DNA of 64,000 bases. It comes from Candidatus Nanoarchaeia archaeon (lineage in GTDB: Archaea > Nanobdellota > Nanobdellia > Woesearchaeales > JANQNE01). Positions 35,277 to 45,370 of the stretch are shown here, piece after piece. The position numbers and the translations under genes are program-made. The stretch lies in the NCBI GenBank assembly GCA_028279725.1, contig JANQNE010000004.1:12008-76007 (forward strand). Direction: 5' to 3'. Numbering within the stretch: position 1 is the first letter of the stretch; every line of letters begins with the position of its first letter. The notes below the pieces were generated by a model. It searched no databases and had not been told where the DNA came from. It worked only from the letters and a program-made list of their open reading frames with translations.

Positions 35277-37560
35277 AAGGATCGCAGCCAGGATAGAGAA
35301 GGCAACAACAAGAGATAAAGAGAATTCACTTACTGAGATAGTCAAAAGACTTGGAGAGAATCTTTATGGTGGTGTTAGGAGATTTATCGGCGGGACAGAG
35401 AAGAATGTTGTTGTTGAGATGTTCAGATATAACTCTTCTTCTGAGCTTGAAGAGATAAAAGGAAGAGTGAAGGCAAGGGATGAGGTTGCGAAGAATCTTG
35501 GAAATACAACAATACAGTCTCTTCATAATGATCCTAGATTTGCTTATGTTGTGAGCGGTTCAGATCATCATACTCTTAAGGAGCTTCTTTCAAGAACTGA
35601 TCTTTCAAAGAACGAAAGAGGAAATCTTGCGTATCAAGTATGTAATCTAGTCAAGAAATTACATTCTCAATCACAGAACCATCTTAATCTAACTTTAGAG
35701 AGGATAGTTATAGACAAAGATAATAGGCTTAGGGTGTTAACCAATCATACAAACATGATGCAGCCAGGTGTAAGAGATTTTATTCCTGAAGAGATCATCG
35801 CAAATATGAGTGAGATGGACAACGGAGAGGTTAAACAGAGGTATGATAGGAATTCTATTGATACGTTCCTGACAGGACTTATGGTCTATGAGATCTTAAC
35901 AGGAAAAAAACCCTCTGAACTTAAAGAATATAAGCTTATAAGAAACATATTTTCTGATGAAAGTTATAGGATGGTATCAGAAGATTTTGAAGACAGGCCT
36001 GGTTCATGGTGGAATGATAAAGTTAAGTTCAGATTTGACGATATCAATAAACAGATAGATCTTGGAGAAAGAGAGCTTAGTCTTGAGATCCCTGAAGGAG
36101 AGGAAAAGATATATCAGGAATTGCTTGAGAATTCAGAAGATTTTGAAGCTCCAGACACTGATGAATATAAGAGCGATGAATTTTTCAGAACTCTTACCTA
36201 TGGAAGAAAAGTGGGCAAACATCTTGGAGCTGTTCTTGATAAAGATATGATGAACAAATATTTCGGGCATAGGGGAAGATATAACAGAATCGATTTTGGA
36301 TTGCTAATGCTTACAAGAAGAAAGAAAAGACATAGTCCTGATATCGATTTTATACTTGACCCTCTTAAAAAGTTTGGAAAGAAGAGATATAAGAAGAGCC
36401 TGGAGAAGAAGATCGCTAAAACTTTCAAACAGGAAGAAGGAGAAGATTATTCTCTTATTGAAGATTACAGGAGGAAAGTATTTCAGAAGAAGACACAGCG
36501 TAAGATGAAGATTGGCGGGAGTATACTTGCTGCTGCGATCTTAGTATATGCTCTTAATGCTGTTGTCCCTAAAGTATTGCCTGAGAAACATAAGAAGAAA
36601 TTTGAAGAGTTTACAAAGCCGAAGATAGAATTTGTCAAAGAAGGTGTAAGTGATTTTTCAGCTTACTTGTTTAAAGCATTGTCTAAGGTCACCCCTACAC
36701 TTGATGGTGGGATGGAAAGAAGAGATGATGTAGATTCTGTCTATGTTTTGGGAAAAGAAGATCTAGTTCCTCTTGGGATAGAATATACAAATCCTGATGT
36801 TTCTGTAAGATGTACTGATAATGATTTTTTCTATGATCCTGTTGAGAATATTTTAATTGTTAAAGATAGGGTTAAACTTGAGAAGGGAACCAATCTTGTC
36901 GAGTTTGAAGCTAAAGATGTTAATGGAGATAAAGAGGAGTTTGTCGTAAGGCTGTATAATAAAGACGGTTCTGATAAGATAATCAAAGGGAAGAAATCAA
37001 GGAAAAAGGGAAGAAAAAAATCCAAGAAAGCTGAAGTTAAGGGGCATAATGTCAGCAGAGATGGATATATAACTGAGACTGCTGGAAAATCACTCTGTGA
37101 TATATTAAGGGGAACAAAATACAGCAATAAATATGTGCATATAAGGTATAAGAACAAGATAAACATATTTTCTAAGATAGGTGGAAAATATTACAAAGGA
37201 GACAGGAGAGCAAAATTAGGCATTGATTATGGAAAGTGGGCGAAGATAATTACAGGAGCGTATGCAAGAGAGGTAAATGACAGAGTATATCAGCTTAATA
37301 ATGTAGGAAGTAAACATCTTGGTGAAGTATATCTTGGAAAGAAGCGGATAATGGCAAATTATGGAAGTATGTTTATCTATGAATGTAGGACAGGAAAGAT
37401 AAGAAGTTTGGAAAAGAATATGCAGAACGGAAGATTTTATGAAAAGAGATTTATACTTGATGACAAATATATTCCTGTGTATAGCGGTGATATGATATCG
37501 AAGAACGAGGGAAGATTGAGGGCTGCTGTAAGTAGAATGAAGCTGCCTTTGAAAAATTAG
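35269..37560 (+). CDS. membrane-spanning pseudokinase with extracytoplasmic domain
   Basis: 763 aa. Kinase fold is recognisable (YEILTG; HSQSQNHLNLTLERIVID), but the catalytic residues are replaced: VVVEMF (K to E), HLN for HRD, TNH for DFG. One TM segment near residue 420 and a poly-basic linker KGKKSRKKGRKKSKK. Confidence 0.7.
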   Translation: MDKRIAARIEKATTRDKENSLTEIVKRLGENLYGGVRRFIGGTEKNVVVEMFRYNSSSELEEIKGRVKARDEVAKNLGNTTIQSLHNDPRFAYVVSGSDHHTLKELLSRTDLSKNERGNLAYQVCNLVKKLHSQSQNHLNLTLERIVIDKDNRLRVLTNHTNMMQPGVRDFIPEEIIANMSEMDNGEVKQRYDRNSIDTFLTGLMVYEILTGKKPSELKEYKLIRNIFSDESYRMVSEDFEDRPGSWWNDKVKFRFDDINKQIDLGERELSLEIPEGEEKIYQELLENSEDFEAPDTDEYKSDEFFRTLTYGRKVGKHLGAVLDKDMMNKYFGHRGRYNRIDFGLLMLTRRKKRHSPDIDFILDPLKKFGKKRYKKSLEKKIAKTFKQEEGEDYSLIEDYRRKVFQKKTQRKMKIGGSILAAAILVYALNAVVPKVLPEKHKKKFEEFTKPKIEFVKEGVSDFSAYLFKALSKVTPTLDGGMERRDDVDSVYVLGKEDLVPLGIEYTNPDVSVRCTDNDFFYDPVENILIVKDRVKLEKGTNLVEFEAKDVNGDKEEFVVRLYNKDGSDKIIKGKKSRKKGRKKSKKAEVKGHNVSRDGYITETAGKSLCDILRGTKYSNKYVHIRYKNKINIFSKIGGKYYKGDRRAKLGIDYGKWAKIITGAYAREVNDRVYQLNNVGSKHLGEVYLGKKRIMANYGSMFIYECRTGKIRSLEKNMQNGRFYEKRFILDDKYIPVYSGDMISKNEGRLRAAVSRMKLPLKN

Positions 37561-38717
37561 AATTCTTTCAGTTTTGCTGATTTAACTGCTTCTTCAACTA
37601 ATGAGCCTATATCAAATTCTTTTTCCATGAACTGAAGCTTGCCTGCGGTTGCTTTCAGTTCAGGATGTTTTGGGAGGAAGTAAGAGCAGCAGTCTCCATA
37701 TGGGAGAGCTGAGATATCGTTTGTTCCTATTGTTCTTGAGATTGCGATTATTTCTTTTTTATCCATACCTATCAGAGGTGAGAATATGTGTTTTTCTGAG
37801 TCTTTGTATGTTGATTCTAAGTTTTCTAATGTCTGTGATGCAACTTGGGAGAGTGAATCTCCTACGACAAGGAATCTTGCCCTGTTTTCAGCTGCTATCT
37901 TTGATGCGATCTTTATCATGAATCTTCTGTAGACAAGCATACGCAATGTGGAATGTACTTTCATGATAATTTCCTTCTGTAATTTTTCGAATGGAACGAT
38001 GTAGAGTTTTGTGTTTAATTGGAATTTTGAAAGCTGTTTTGCCAACTGGATGATCTTGTCCTGTACTGATCCAGTCATCTGGTTTTGGTTCTGGAAATGT
38101 ACAAAGATAACTTCACAGCCACGCTTCATCATAAGATAGGCTGCTACAGGGCTGTCAAAGCCGCCTGAGAGAAGAGCTACAACTTTCTGTTTTTTATTGG
38201 TTGGAAGGCCTCCAACACCTTTGATGTCCTCGTATGAGAGGTATGAGTTTCTGCTTGTAAGATCGATCTTTAGTGTTAAGTCTGGGTTTTTCAGATCAAC
38301 TTCTTTGTTGTATGTTTCATTTATCTCTGCACCTATTATTGCATTTACTTCCGGAGATTTTATCCTGAAGTTTTTGTCATGTCTTTTTGTATCTACTTTG
38401 AATGTTTTGAAATCTTTTTCTTTTATTATCGCGATTGACTGTTTTTTTATCTTTTCTAAATCTAATTCACTTCTTTTTGCGAATGAGAAATGAGCGATTC
38501 CAGGGATTTTTGTAAGAATATCTCTTATCTTTTCAATATTTGATTTTGAGTCTATTGTTATGGTTATCTGGCCTGATTCCCGGATACATCTTTTTGAGAT
38601 TGTCTTTAGTTTTGATTTTATGTTGTCTATTAATTTATTCTCAAAATGTGTCCTGTTCTTTCCTTTTAGTCCGATCTCATCATAATGGATGACTATGCTG
38701 TCAAAATTTTCTTTCAT
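37557..38717 (-). CDS. thiI: tRNA 4-thiouridine synthase ThiI (THUMP + PP-loop)
   Basis: 386 aa with the PP-loop LLSGGFDSPVAAY and an N-terminal ferredoxin-like/THUMP region. No rhodanese domain. Confidence 0.9.
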   Translation of the reverse strand: MKENFDSIVIHYDEIGLKGKNRTHFENKLIDNIKSKLKTISKRCIRESGQITITIDSKSNIEKIRDILTKIPGIAHFSFAKRSELDLEKIKKQSIAIIKEKDFKTFKVDTKRHDKNFRIKSPEVNAIIGAEINETYNKEVDLKNPDLTLKIDLTSRNSYLSYEDIKGVGGLPTNKKQKVVALLSGGFDSPVAAYLMMKRGCEVIFVHFQNQNQMTGSVQDKIIQLAKQLSKFQLNTKLYIVPFEKLQKEIIMKVHSTLRMLVYRRFMIKIASKIAAENRARFLVVGDSLSQVASQTLENLESTYKDSEKHIFSPLIGMDKKEIIAISRTIGTNDISALPYGDCCSYFLPKHPELKATAGKLQFMEKEFDIGSLVEEAVKSAKLKEF

Positions 38718-38965
38718 TTTTTATGCACCCTGCAGGTATTGCTTTGATTATGAAGTATTATGCTTGAGATCAGCAGTGCTATTCCTGCAGATAGAAAAAC
38801 TATACTGAAGTCTGACAGGAAAGCAAGGAGTATAGAAGTTAGCCCAAGCAATGAGAAGACAGGAGCTAAAACACAAGTGCATAATCCGAGGTTTGTTACT
38901 GCAACACCAATACCTCCAAAGAAGGTTGATATACTTCCTATAATCCCAACTGTTTTTGATTTCAT
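38714..38965 (-). CDS. small 2-TM membrane protein with intramembrane CxC motif
   Basis: 83 aa with ...NLGLCTCVLAPVFSLLG.... ATGA overlap with thiI. Motif resembles GGLCCFTPVVLVLFG in 54766-55146. Confidence 0.5.
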   Translation of the reverse strand: MKSKTVGIIGSISTFFGGIGVAVTNLGLCTCVLAPVFSLLGLTSILLAFLSDFSIVFLSAGIALLISSIILHNQSNTCRVHKK

Positions 38966-39011
38966 GAGTAGAATATGTTTTGGTTCATTTAAAAGCTTTT
39001 CTCATCTGAAT

Positions 39012-40025
39012 CTATTCTCTATATTTTACCTTATTAATTGCTTTTTTCTTTAAAAATCCCTGAATATTCTCTATTGTTGTGTCAAGGATCCTTTGCAGGG
39101 CTTCTTTGCTGTTGAAAGCATTGTGTGGTGTTATGTAAACATTCTTGTTTCTTAGTAAAATATGATTTTGAAGGATAGTTTTCAGATCACATGTTTTTGT
39201 GAATTCTGAGTGTAGAAGTTCTTTTTCTTCTTTGATGAGACATTCTCCTTCCAATACATCTAATCCCACGTATCTTATCTTTCCTCTCACCATTGATTTT
39301 AATAAAGCACTTGTGTCTATGACACCACCTCTTGCTGTGTTTATGATTATTGCTCCTTTTTTGCAGAGGTTTAATGATTTGGAATTGATCATATGATGCG
39401 TCTGCTTATTTTCAGGAACATTTAATGTTATTATATCTGAGTTTTTCAGCAGTGTTTGTAAAGATGTTTGCTTGAATCCAAGTTTTTTTGCAAGTTTTGG
39501 ATCTTTTTTTACGTCGTAGACCAAGACTTTCATCTCAAATCCCTTTGCAATCCTTGCGACGTGTTTTCCGATGTTGCCGCAGCCTATGATTCCGATTGTC
39601 CTGTCTTTCAGGTCAAATCCTCTAAGATTGTTTAATCTGAAATCTCCCTGTCTAGTCTTTTCTATTGATTCAGGGATCTTTCTTGAGATTGCAAGGATAA
39701 GTGCAAATGTATGTTCTGCAACTGTGTTTTCTCCATATGTTGGAACATTACAGACTGTAATCTTTCTTTTTTTACATTCTTTTAGGTCAATGTGATCAAA
39801 ACCAGTTGACATTGTTGTTATTAATTTTAGTTTTGGAAGTTTATCTAATATTTCTTTGTCAACTTTTGAATATATGAAGACAGCAAGAGCTTCAGTATCT
39901 TTTATCTTAGGTAAATCTTTTTTTGAAAGAGTTTTTTTAGAGAAAGATAGTTTATGTTTTTTTAGAGACTGTTTGATGTTTTCCTTTTCCCAGTCTTCTA
40001 TCTCGAAGAATGTTATTTTTGTCAT
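39012..40025 (-). CDS. D-isomer-specific 2-hydroxyacid dehydrogenase (LdhA/SerA-like)
   Basis: 337 aa. NAD motif IGIIGCGNIGKHVARI and catalytic-region pattern NTARGGVID...HNAF. Confidence 0.85.
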   Translation of the reverse strand: MTKITFFEIEDWEKENIKQSLKKHKLSFSKKTLSKKDLPKIKDTEALAVFIYSKVDKEILDKLPKLKLITTMSTGFDHIDLKECKKRKITVCNVPTYGENTVAEHTFALILAISRKIPESIEKTRQGDFRLNNLRGFDLKDRTIGIIGCGNIGKHVARIAKGFEMKVLVYDVKKDPKLAKKLGFKQTSLQTLLKNSDIITLNVPENKQTHHMINSKSLNLCKKGAIIINTARGGVIDTSALLKSMVRGKIRYVGLDVLEGECLIKEEKELLHSEFTKTCDLKTILQNHILLRNKNVYITPHNAFNSKEALQRILDTTIENIQGFLKKKAINKVKYRE

Positions 40026-40037
40026 TTTAACCTCTTT

Positions 40038-40382
40038 TTATTCTAAAGGAAGCTCGCACTTTGCCAGAACACCAAGTTCTGCTAACGAAATCTTTCCTTC
40101 ATATTTTTCCCCATCTATTATCCAGGTCGGGAATCCATCTATGTCATTATTTATACATGCTGCGTTATCTTCTATGCAGTTTACATAATTTATGAATTCA
40201 AAGGATCCTTCAAATTCTGCTTTTTGAAGATTACAATATCTGCATGTGTCTGTTCCATACATCACAGCTCCATTGTTTGTAAGACATTTTGCGAAATCGT
40301 CATATTTGTGTGATTCTTCGCAACCAACCAATAATAGCGGAATAATCAATAAAGATAAAATAAAAATTATTTTTAGTTTCAT
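40038..40382 (-). CDS. thioredoxin-like lipoprotein (VKOR-associated Trx-domain type)
   Basis: 114 aa. Lipobox LLVGC, active site CRYC, and ...DGFPTWIIDGEKYEG..., as in the Trx-like domains fused to VKOR. Confidence 0.6.
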   Translation of the reverse strand: MKLKIIFILSLLIIPLLLVGCEESHKYDDFAKCLTNNGAVMYGTDTCRYCNLQKAEFEGSFEFINYVNCIEDNAACINNDIDGFPTWIIDGEKYEGKISLAELGVLAKCELPLE

Positions 40383-41215
40383 TCTGCCAACATCACCTCG
40401 ATGATATCTTCGAACGCATCAAAAGGCAAAGCTCCTGATACCTTAGCTCCTACACCGCCATCAAATGTTCTTGCTTCAATATTTCTTGAATATTGCGGAG
40501 CGATAGCATTCTGGATATCCAGGACATCAACATCATTTGAAGTATATATTATGAATCCAGGAGTTCCTGTAATTCCTGCAGCGCCTCCATCACTCATATC
40601 TTTTTTTGCATCTGAAGCAAATTTTCCTGAATCAAGACACGTATTGAATTCTTCAGTGTTTAATTCAAGATCTTCTGCGTATTTTTTGAACGAAGATACT
40701 CCACCACTTACTCCTTTTTCGAACAATAAGTCGTGCATGTCATAATATTTTCCCTGTTCTCCTGCACATTCAGCAGCTTCTGCAGCTTTTTGTGCGTTCC
40801 TGTGGAAATTTAACGGGAAATCTCTGAATACTAAGTTTACTTTTCCTGTGTCAATGTATGTGCTTACTAACTGCTGATATCCTTGGCTGTAAAATCTTGC
40901 ACAGAACGGACATTCAAAGTCACTCCATTCAATTATCGTTACTTTTGCTTCTGGATCGCCTTTTATTGCATCATCTTCAACTAAAGCGCTAAGTCCGGCT
41001 GATAATTTTTGGACAGAAGGCTGTTCTTTTGGCTGAATAGCCTGGGCTTCTTCAACAACCATGTCTGGAGATGTAGATTCTTGGTTTAATCCAAATCCTC
41101 CAGTAAATATAGAGATCAGTAAGAAAATCCCAAGGATTCCTGAAATACTTTTCCAAAGTGTTACCTTGCTTATCGTTAATGTATCTGATTTTTTAGATTT
41201 ATGTTCTTCACTCAT
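40379..41215 (-). CDS. DsbA-family thiol:disulfide oxidoreductase, membrane-anchored
   Basis: 278 aa with an N-terminal TM segment and the CPFC active site in WSDFECPFCARF. Confidence 0.8.
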   Translation of the reverse strand: MSEEHKSKKSDTLTISKVTLWKSISGILGIFLLISIFTGGFGLNQESTSPDMVVEEAQAIQPKEQPSVQKLSAGLSALVEDDAIKGDPEAKVTIIEWSDFECPFCARFYSQGYQQLVSTYIDTGKVNLVFRDFPLNFHRNAQKAAEAAECAGEQGKYYDMHDLLFEKGVSGGVSSFKKYAEDLELNTEEFNTCLDSGKFASDAKKDMSDGGAAGITGTPGFIIYTSNDVDVLDIQNAIAPQYSRNIEARTFDGGVGAKVSGALPFDAFEDIIEVMLAE

Positions 41216-41274
41216 TCTAATTACACCTCATTTTGTATTTTATAAATCTTTTGCAGTTATCTTATAAAAATAGG

Positions 41275-41296
41275 TTAGTTTCTTTTTAGAAACTAA
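41275..41296 (-). terminator. hairpin terminator downstream of copA
   Basis: TTAGTTTCT-TTTT-AGAAACTAA (9-bp stem), 6 nt past the copA stop. Followed on the minus strand by CCTATTTTTAT. Confidence 0.45.
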
Positions 41297-41301
41297 ATAC
41301 C

Positions 41302-43485
41302 TCATAATCTTTTAGCTTTTAACAATAATGAATTTGAGACTACTGAGACTGAGCTTAATGCCATTGCACCTCCTGCAATCATCGGGTTAAGCAGCCATCC
41401 TGTGAATGGATATAATAGGCCAGCTGCAATCGGTATCCCCATTGTATTATAGAATAAAGCCCAAAACATATTCTGTCTTATTTTGCTCATAGTCATCTTA
41501 CTAAGTTTGATTGCTTTGAATACATCAATTAAATTATCTTTCATAAGGACAACATCTCCAGTTTCCATCGCGACATCTGTTCCTGAACCCATAGCAATTC
41601 CAATATCGGCCTGAGCTAAAGCAGGAGCATCATTTATACCATCACCAACCATAGCAACTTTTCCTGTTTTTTGCAGTTTTTTTACATAATTTGCTTTATC
41701 TTCTGGAAGAACTTCAGCAAAGTAGTTGTCCACACCAACTAATTTAGCAATTGCTTTAGCAGTTCTTGTATTATCTCCAGTGATCATGAAGACCTTAATC
41801 CCTAACTTCTTCAACTGCTTGATCGCATCAGGGGATGAAGGTTTTATTGTATCAGCTACGGCTATAATACCTAATAGTTTTTTAGAGTCAGAAAGCATCA
41901 TAACAGTCTTTCCTTGTTTTTCTAATTCACGGATCCTAGTTGATTGCGTTTTTGTATCAATTTTATAATCTTTCATTAATTTTGAATTTCCAAAATAATA
42001 TTTTGTTTTTGAGATCTTTGCAGTTATACCATGACCAGGTATTGCCTTAAAATTATTTACTTTCTTGAATTTAATAGAATCTTCTTTTGATCTTTTAACA
42101 ATTGCTTCAGCTAAAGGATGTTCACTTCCTTTTTCAATACTCCCTGCTATGGTGAGAAATTGGTCTTTGCTTATCTTGTTGAAAGGAATAATGTCTGTTA
42201 CTTCAGGAGTTCCATTTGTTATGGTACCTGTTTTATCGAGTATGACGTTTTTTATCCGATGGGCAGTTTCTAAAGCTTCCCCTCCCTTTATTAATATACC
42301 TTTGCTAGCTCCCTTGCCAGTTCCGACCATTATTGCTGTAGGTGTTGCTAATCCAAGAGCACAAGGACAAGCTATAACCAGAACTGCAACACCAGCTATG
42401 AGGGCAAAATTAAATGCAGAGCCTACAATAAAATACCACACAAAGAATGTTGTTAATGCCACTATCAAGACCGCAGGGACAAAATAACCAGCAATATTAT
42501 CAGCAAATCTTTGTATTGGAGCTTTACTTCCCTGAGCATCTTCGATAAGCCTGATTATTTGTGCTAATGTTGTGTTAGCTCCAACTTTTGTTGCTTTGAA
42601 CTTTAATGCTCCATGCTTGTTTATTGTTGCACCAATTATATTATCTCCTTTATTCTTTTCAATAGGGATGCTTTCACCTGTAACCATGCTTTCATCAATC
42701 GAAGAATGGCCGTCAACTATTACACCATCAACAGGAATCTTTTCTCCGGGTTTTACAACTATAATGTCTCCTTTTTGAACATCATCAACTTTTATCTTGA
42801 TCTCTTTTCCAGCTTTGATTATTGTAGCGGTTTTTGGTTTTAGTCCGATCAATTTTTTAATTGCTTCAGAAGTCTTACCTTTGGCTTTTGCTTCTAGATA
42901 TCTACCAAATATTACTATTGTGATAAGAACTGCACTTGCTTCAAAATAAACATGACCTTGTCCACTTAATACAACAAATACACTATAAAAGTATGCAGCA
43001 GAAGTACCCATAACAATCAGAGTGTCCATGTTAGCACTTTTATTTTTTAATGCAATCAATGCACTTTTATACATTGGAGCTGCAATGAAAAACTGAATGG
43101 GAGTTGCTAAGACGCCCATCACAATATCCTGATAAGGAATTGGGTTCTTCATAAAGAACATACCTAAAATAAAAACAGGAATGGCAAGTATTAAACTTAA
43201 TAAAAAATCATATTTTAGATTTTTTATATCTTGGTTTTGTATTTTGTTCTCTTTTTTATGGTCTATTTTTTCTGAAGATTCTTTTGCATCATACCCTTTA
43301 TTTTTTATTGTACTGATCAATCTGTTGATATCTGTTTTGGTTTCTTCAAATTCAATGGTAGCTCTGTTAGTTGTTAAGTTAACATTAGCTTTAATAACTC
43401 CATCAACCTTATTTAAGGCCCTATTGATCAGAGTAGAACAGCTAGCGCAATGCATTCCGGTTACAGTCAGAGTTGTTTTTTTCAT
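41302..43485 (-). CDS. copA: copper-translocating P1B-type ATPase
   Basis: 727 aa. N-terminal HMA (GMHCASC), CPC in TM6, [13 protein letters not shown]. Confidence 0.95.
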   Translation of the reverse strand: MKKTTLTVTGMHCASCSTLINRALNKVDGVIKANVNLTTNRATIEFEETKTDINRLISTIKNKGYDAKESSEKIDHKKENKIQNQDIKNLKYDFLLSLILAIPVFILGMFFMKNPIPYQDIVMGVLATPIQFFIAAPMYKSALIALKNKSANMDTLIVMGTSAAYFYSVFVVLSGQGHVYFEASAVLITIVIFGRYLEAKAKGKTSEAIKKLIGLKPKTATIIKAGKEIKIKVDDVQKGDIIVVKPGEKIPVDGVIVDGHSSIDESMVTGESIPIEKNKGDNIIGATINKHGALKFKATKVGANTTLAQIIRLIEDAQGSKAPIQRFADNIAGYFVPAVLIVALTTFFVWYFIVGSAFNFALIAGVAVLVIACPCALGLATPTAIMVGTGKGASKGILIKGGEALETAHRIKNVILDKTGTITNGTPEVTDIIPFNKISKDQFLTIAGSIEKGSEHPLAEAIVKRSKEDSIKFKKVNNFKAIPGHGITAKISKTKYYFGNSKLMKDYKIDTKTQSTRIRELEKQGKTVMMLSDSKKLLGIIAVADTIKPSSPDAIKQLKKLGIKVFMITGDNTRTAKAIAKLVGVDNYFAEVLPEDKANYVKKLQKTGKVAMVGDGINDAPALAQADIGIAMGSGTDVAMETGDVVLMKDNLIDVFKAIKLSKMTMSKIRQNMFWALFYNTMGIPIAAGLLYPFTGWLLNPMIAGGAMALSSVSVVSNSLLLKAKRL

Positions 43486-44997
43486 TTATCCTCCACATCC
43501 ACATCCGCCACTACTGCCGCCACCGCAGCTAGGCGATCCGCAGCTTCCACCACATGATCCTTTTGCTTGTTGCGGGACAGCTGCCACCTCTTTCTGGATT
43601 TCTTCCTTATTATTGATGTCAACATCTTCTTTAATTATAAATGTTCCGGGGATCATGCCCATCCAACAACTCCACCTAATTGTGCCTTCTTCTGTAGGTG
43701 TGAATTCAATAACCTGTTCTCCTTGTCTTATGTCAAATTCTAACCCATATTTTGGAACTTGTATTGCGTTATTACAACCAGTTATTTCTTTTCCGTTAAT
43801 TATCCACTTTACCGGAACACCTTTTTTTAGGACAAATGTATTAGGGCTCCATCCAGATCTAGTTACATCCATTTTTATTTCTTGATACCCTTTATTTAGA
43901 AGGGGGATCTCTTTTGATGAAGCTCCAAGAGTGTTTCCAGTGATTTTATTTTCACCTGTAACAGAGCCAATCATAGATCCTATGTCGTAACCTGAACCTG
44001 TAAGTACAAGACCATTATTGATCATAGCTAATCCAAGTACAATTACTATAACTCCTGATAATTTCAGGATCTTATGAGTCATCTTGCTTGATATGTAACT
44101 TGCGAAATAACCAAAGCCTAAAAGTGCTGGAAGAGTTCCAAGACCAAATACAAACAATAGCTTTGCTCCTTCTATAACACTACCAGTTCCAGCAGCCATT
44201 ATGTATATTGCCTGCAGAGGACCGCAAGCTATCATCAGTCCGTTTAGTAATCCGATAATAAGAGGGCTGGAATGCTCTTTAGATCCTTTACCGACAAATC
44301 TTGATATAAATTTTGGAGTTCTGAACTGGATCTTTCTCAATATTGGGAATATATTAAGCATCTTCAGTCCGAACAAAACAAGGAATAATCCAGCAAGCAA
44401 GCCAGCGACACCTCTTAGAAGAGGAGTGAATGCAATTATAGAACCTAATAAACCAAAAGCAGCACCAATCAATGTGTAAGATACTGTCTTTCCTAAACCA
44501 TACATCAAATGAGATTTATGGGATTTAACACCCGCTTGAGCGTTTTTTGCTGTGTATGAAACAACAAATCCTCCGCACATACTTATACAATGAAATCCTG
44601 TCAGTAATCCTACTAAGAACAACAGACCATAACCCATGTTTTTGCTGATCTGTGGAAGATTGATGCTTTCAACGAAATTGAAGATAAAATAACCAATGAT
44701 TATGACTCCAATAATTCCGAAAATCCAACCAAGAGGTTTTGCTAGATTAATAGAATCTTTTTTACTTTCATCTAATATATAACAAGTGTAGCCCTTTTCT
44801 TCAATCTTGTAAAGAATCGTGTCAATGTTTGTCTTGTTTTTATCAAATGAAATATATCCTGTTTCTTTAGAATAGTCAAATTCTATATCTGATACTCCTT
44901 CAACTTTCAATGCTTGTCTTTTTATTATTTCTGCACAGCTTTCACAAGTTGTTCCTTCAGCGATAAAGCCAATTTTAGTAGTATTTTCTTCGCTCAT
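43486..44997 (-). CDS. HMA domain - DsbD_2/TauE-like membrane domain - cupredoxin-like domain fusion with Cys/Gly tail
   Basis: 503 aa. N-terminal CESC metal-binding domain, TM core with GFHCISMCGGF, a C-terminal beta domain (...GCNNAIQVP...WSCWMGM...), and the tail KGSCGGSCGSPSCGGGSSGGCGCGG. Confidence 0.7.
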   Translation of the reverse strand: MSEENTTKIGFIAEGTTCESCAEIIKRQALKVEGVSDIEFDYSKETGYISFDKNKTNIDTILYKIEEKGYTCYILDESKKDSINLAKPLGWIFGIIGVIIIGYFIFNFVESINLPQISKNMGYGLLFLVGLLTGFHCISMCGGFVVSYTAKNAQAGVKSHKSHLMYGLGKTVSYTLIGAAFGLLGSIIAFTPLLRGVAGLLAGLFLVLFGLKMLNIFPILRKIQFRTPKFISRFVGKGSKEHSSPLIIGLLNGLMIACGPLQAIYIMAAGTGSVIEGAKLLFVFGLGTLPALLGFGYFASYISSKMTHKILKLSGVIVIVLGLAMINNGLVLTGSGYDIGSMIGSVTGENKITGNTLGASSKEIPLLNKGYQEIKMDVTRSGWSPNTFVLKKGVPVKWIINGKEITGCNNAIQVPKYGLEFDIRQGEQVIEFTPTEEGTIRWSCWMGMIPGTFIIKEDVDINNKEEIQKEVAAVPQQAKGSCGGSCGSPSCGGGSSGGCGCGG

Positions 44998-45203
44998 TTT
45001 AGCACCTTGTAACCTTCCTTCTTGATCGTGTTTATGATATCCATTTTGTCTTTGTCATATTCACAGGACAAGACGGCTTTCTGTGTTTTTTCATCAAGAT
45101 CGATCTTGATGTCTTTTGCACCTAATTCTTCCAATGAATCTTCAACAAGCATGACACAACTTTTGCAATGCATACCTTCGATGTCTAGTTTGATATTAGT
45201 CAT
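44994..45203 (-). CDS. copZ: copper chaperone (HMA domain)
   Basis: 69 aa with GMHCKSC. ATGA overlap with the downstream gene. Confidence 0.85.
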   Translation of the reverse strand: MTNIKLDIEGMHCKSCVMLVEDSLEELGAKDIKIDLDEKTQKAVLSCEYDKDKMDIINTIKKEGYKVLK

Positions 45204-45350
45204 ATTTAACCACCTATTTTAGTGTAAAGTAAAGCATTTATAAATGCCATTCCCTTAGAAAACACGGACTAGAACGTTTATAACTGCAGAATTCTCGTCC
45301 CAGAACGTTTAATTCGCGATTTTTCGATATTTTTAGAAAGTTTTATATAT

Positions 45351-45370
45351 AAGTTAGGCTTACCTAACTT
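45351..45370. promoter_or_regulatory. DtxR/IdeR-type iron-box-like palindrome overlapping the feoAB promoter
   Basis: AAGTTAGG-CTTA-CCTAACTT has perfect 8-bp arms and ends 5 nt before the feoA ATG. TTAGG/CCTAA half-sites match the DtxR/IdeR consensus. A DtxR-family gene lies at 47496. Confidence 0.55.

Noticed and set aside
34595-35329. Long antisense or alternative-frame ORFs in the six-frame track (for example 34595-35329, 45646-46158, 43181-43885, 9010-9456, 12488-12898).
   Set aside because: They lie fully inside well-supported genes on the opposite strand. Their translations are low-complexity (Ser/Leu/Phe-rich) and lack RBS or start context. This is typical of shadow ORFs.
43490-43570. 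GC-rich repetitive stretch (ccacatcc/ccgccac...), considered as a non-coding repeat or assembly artefact.
   Set aside because: It is in frame with, and forms the Cys/Gly C-terminal tail of, the 503-aa copper-operon protein. It is reported as a protein feature instead.
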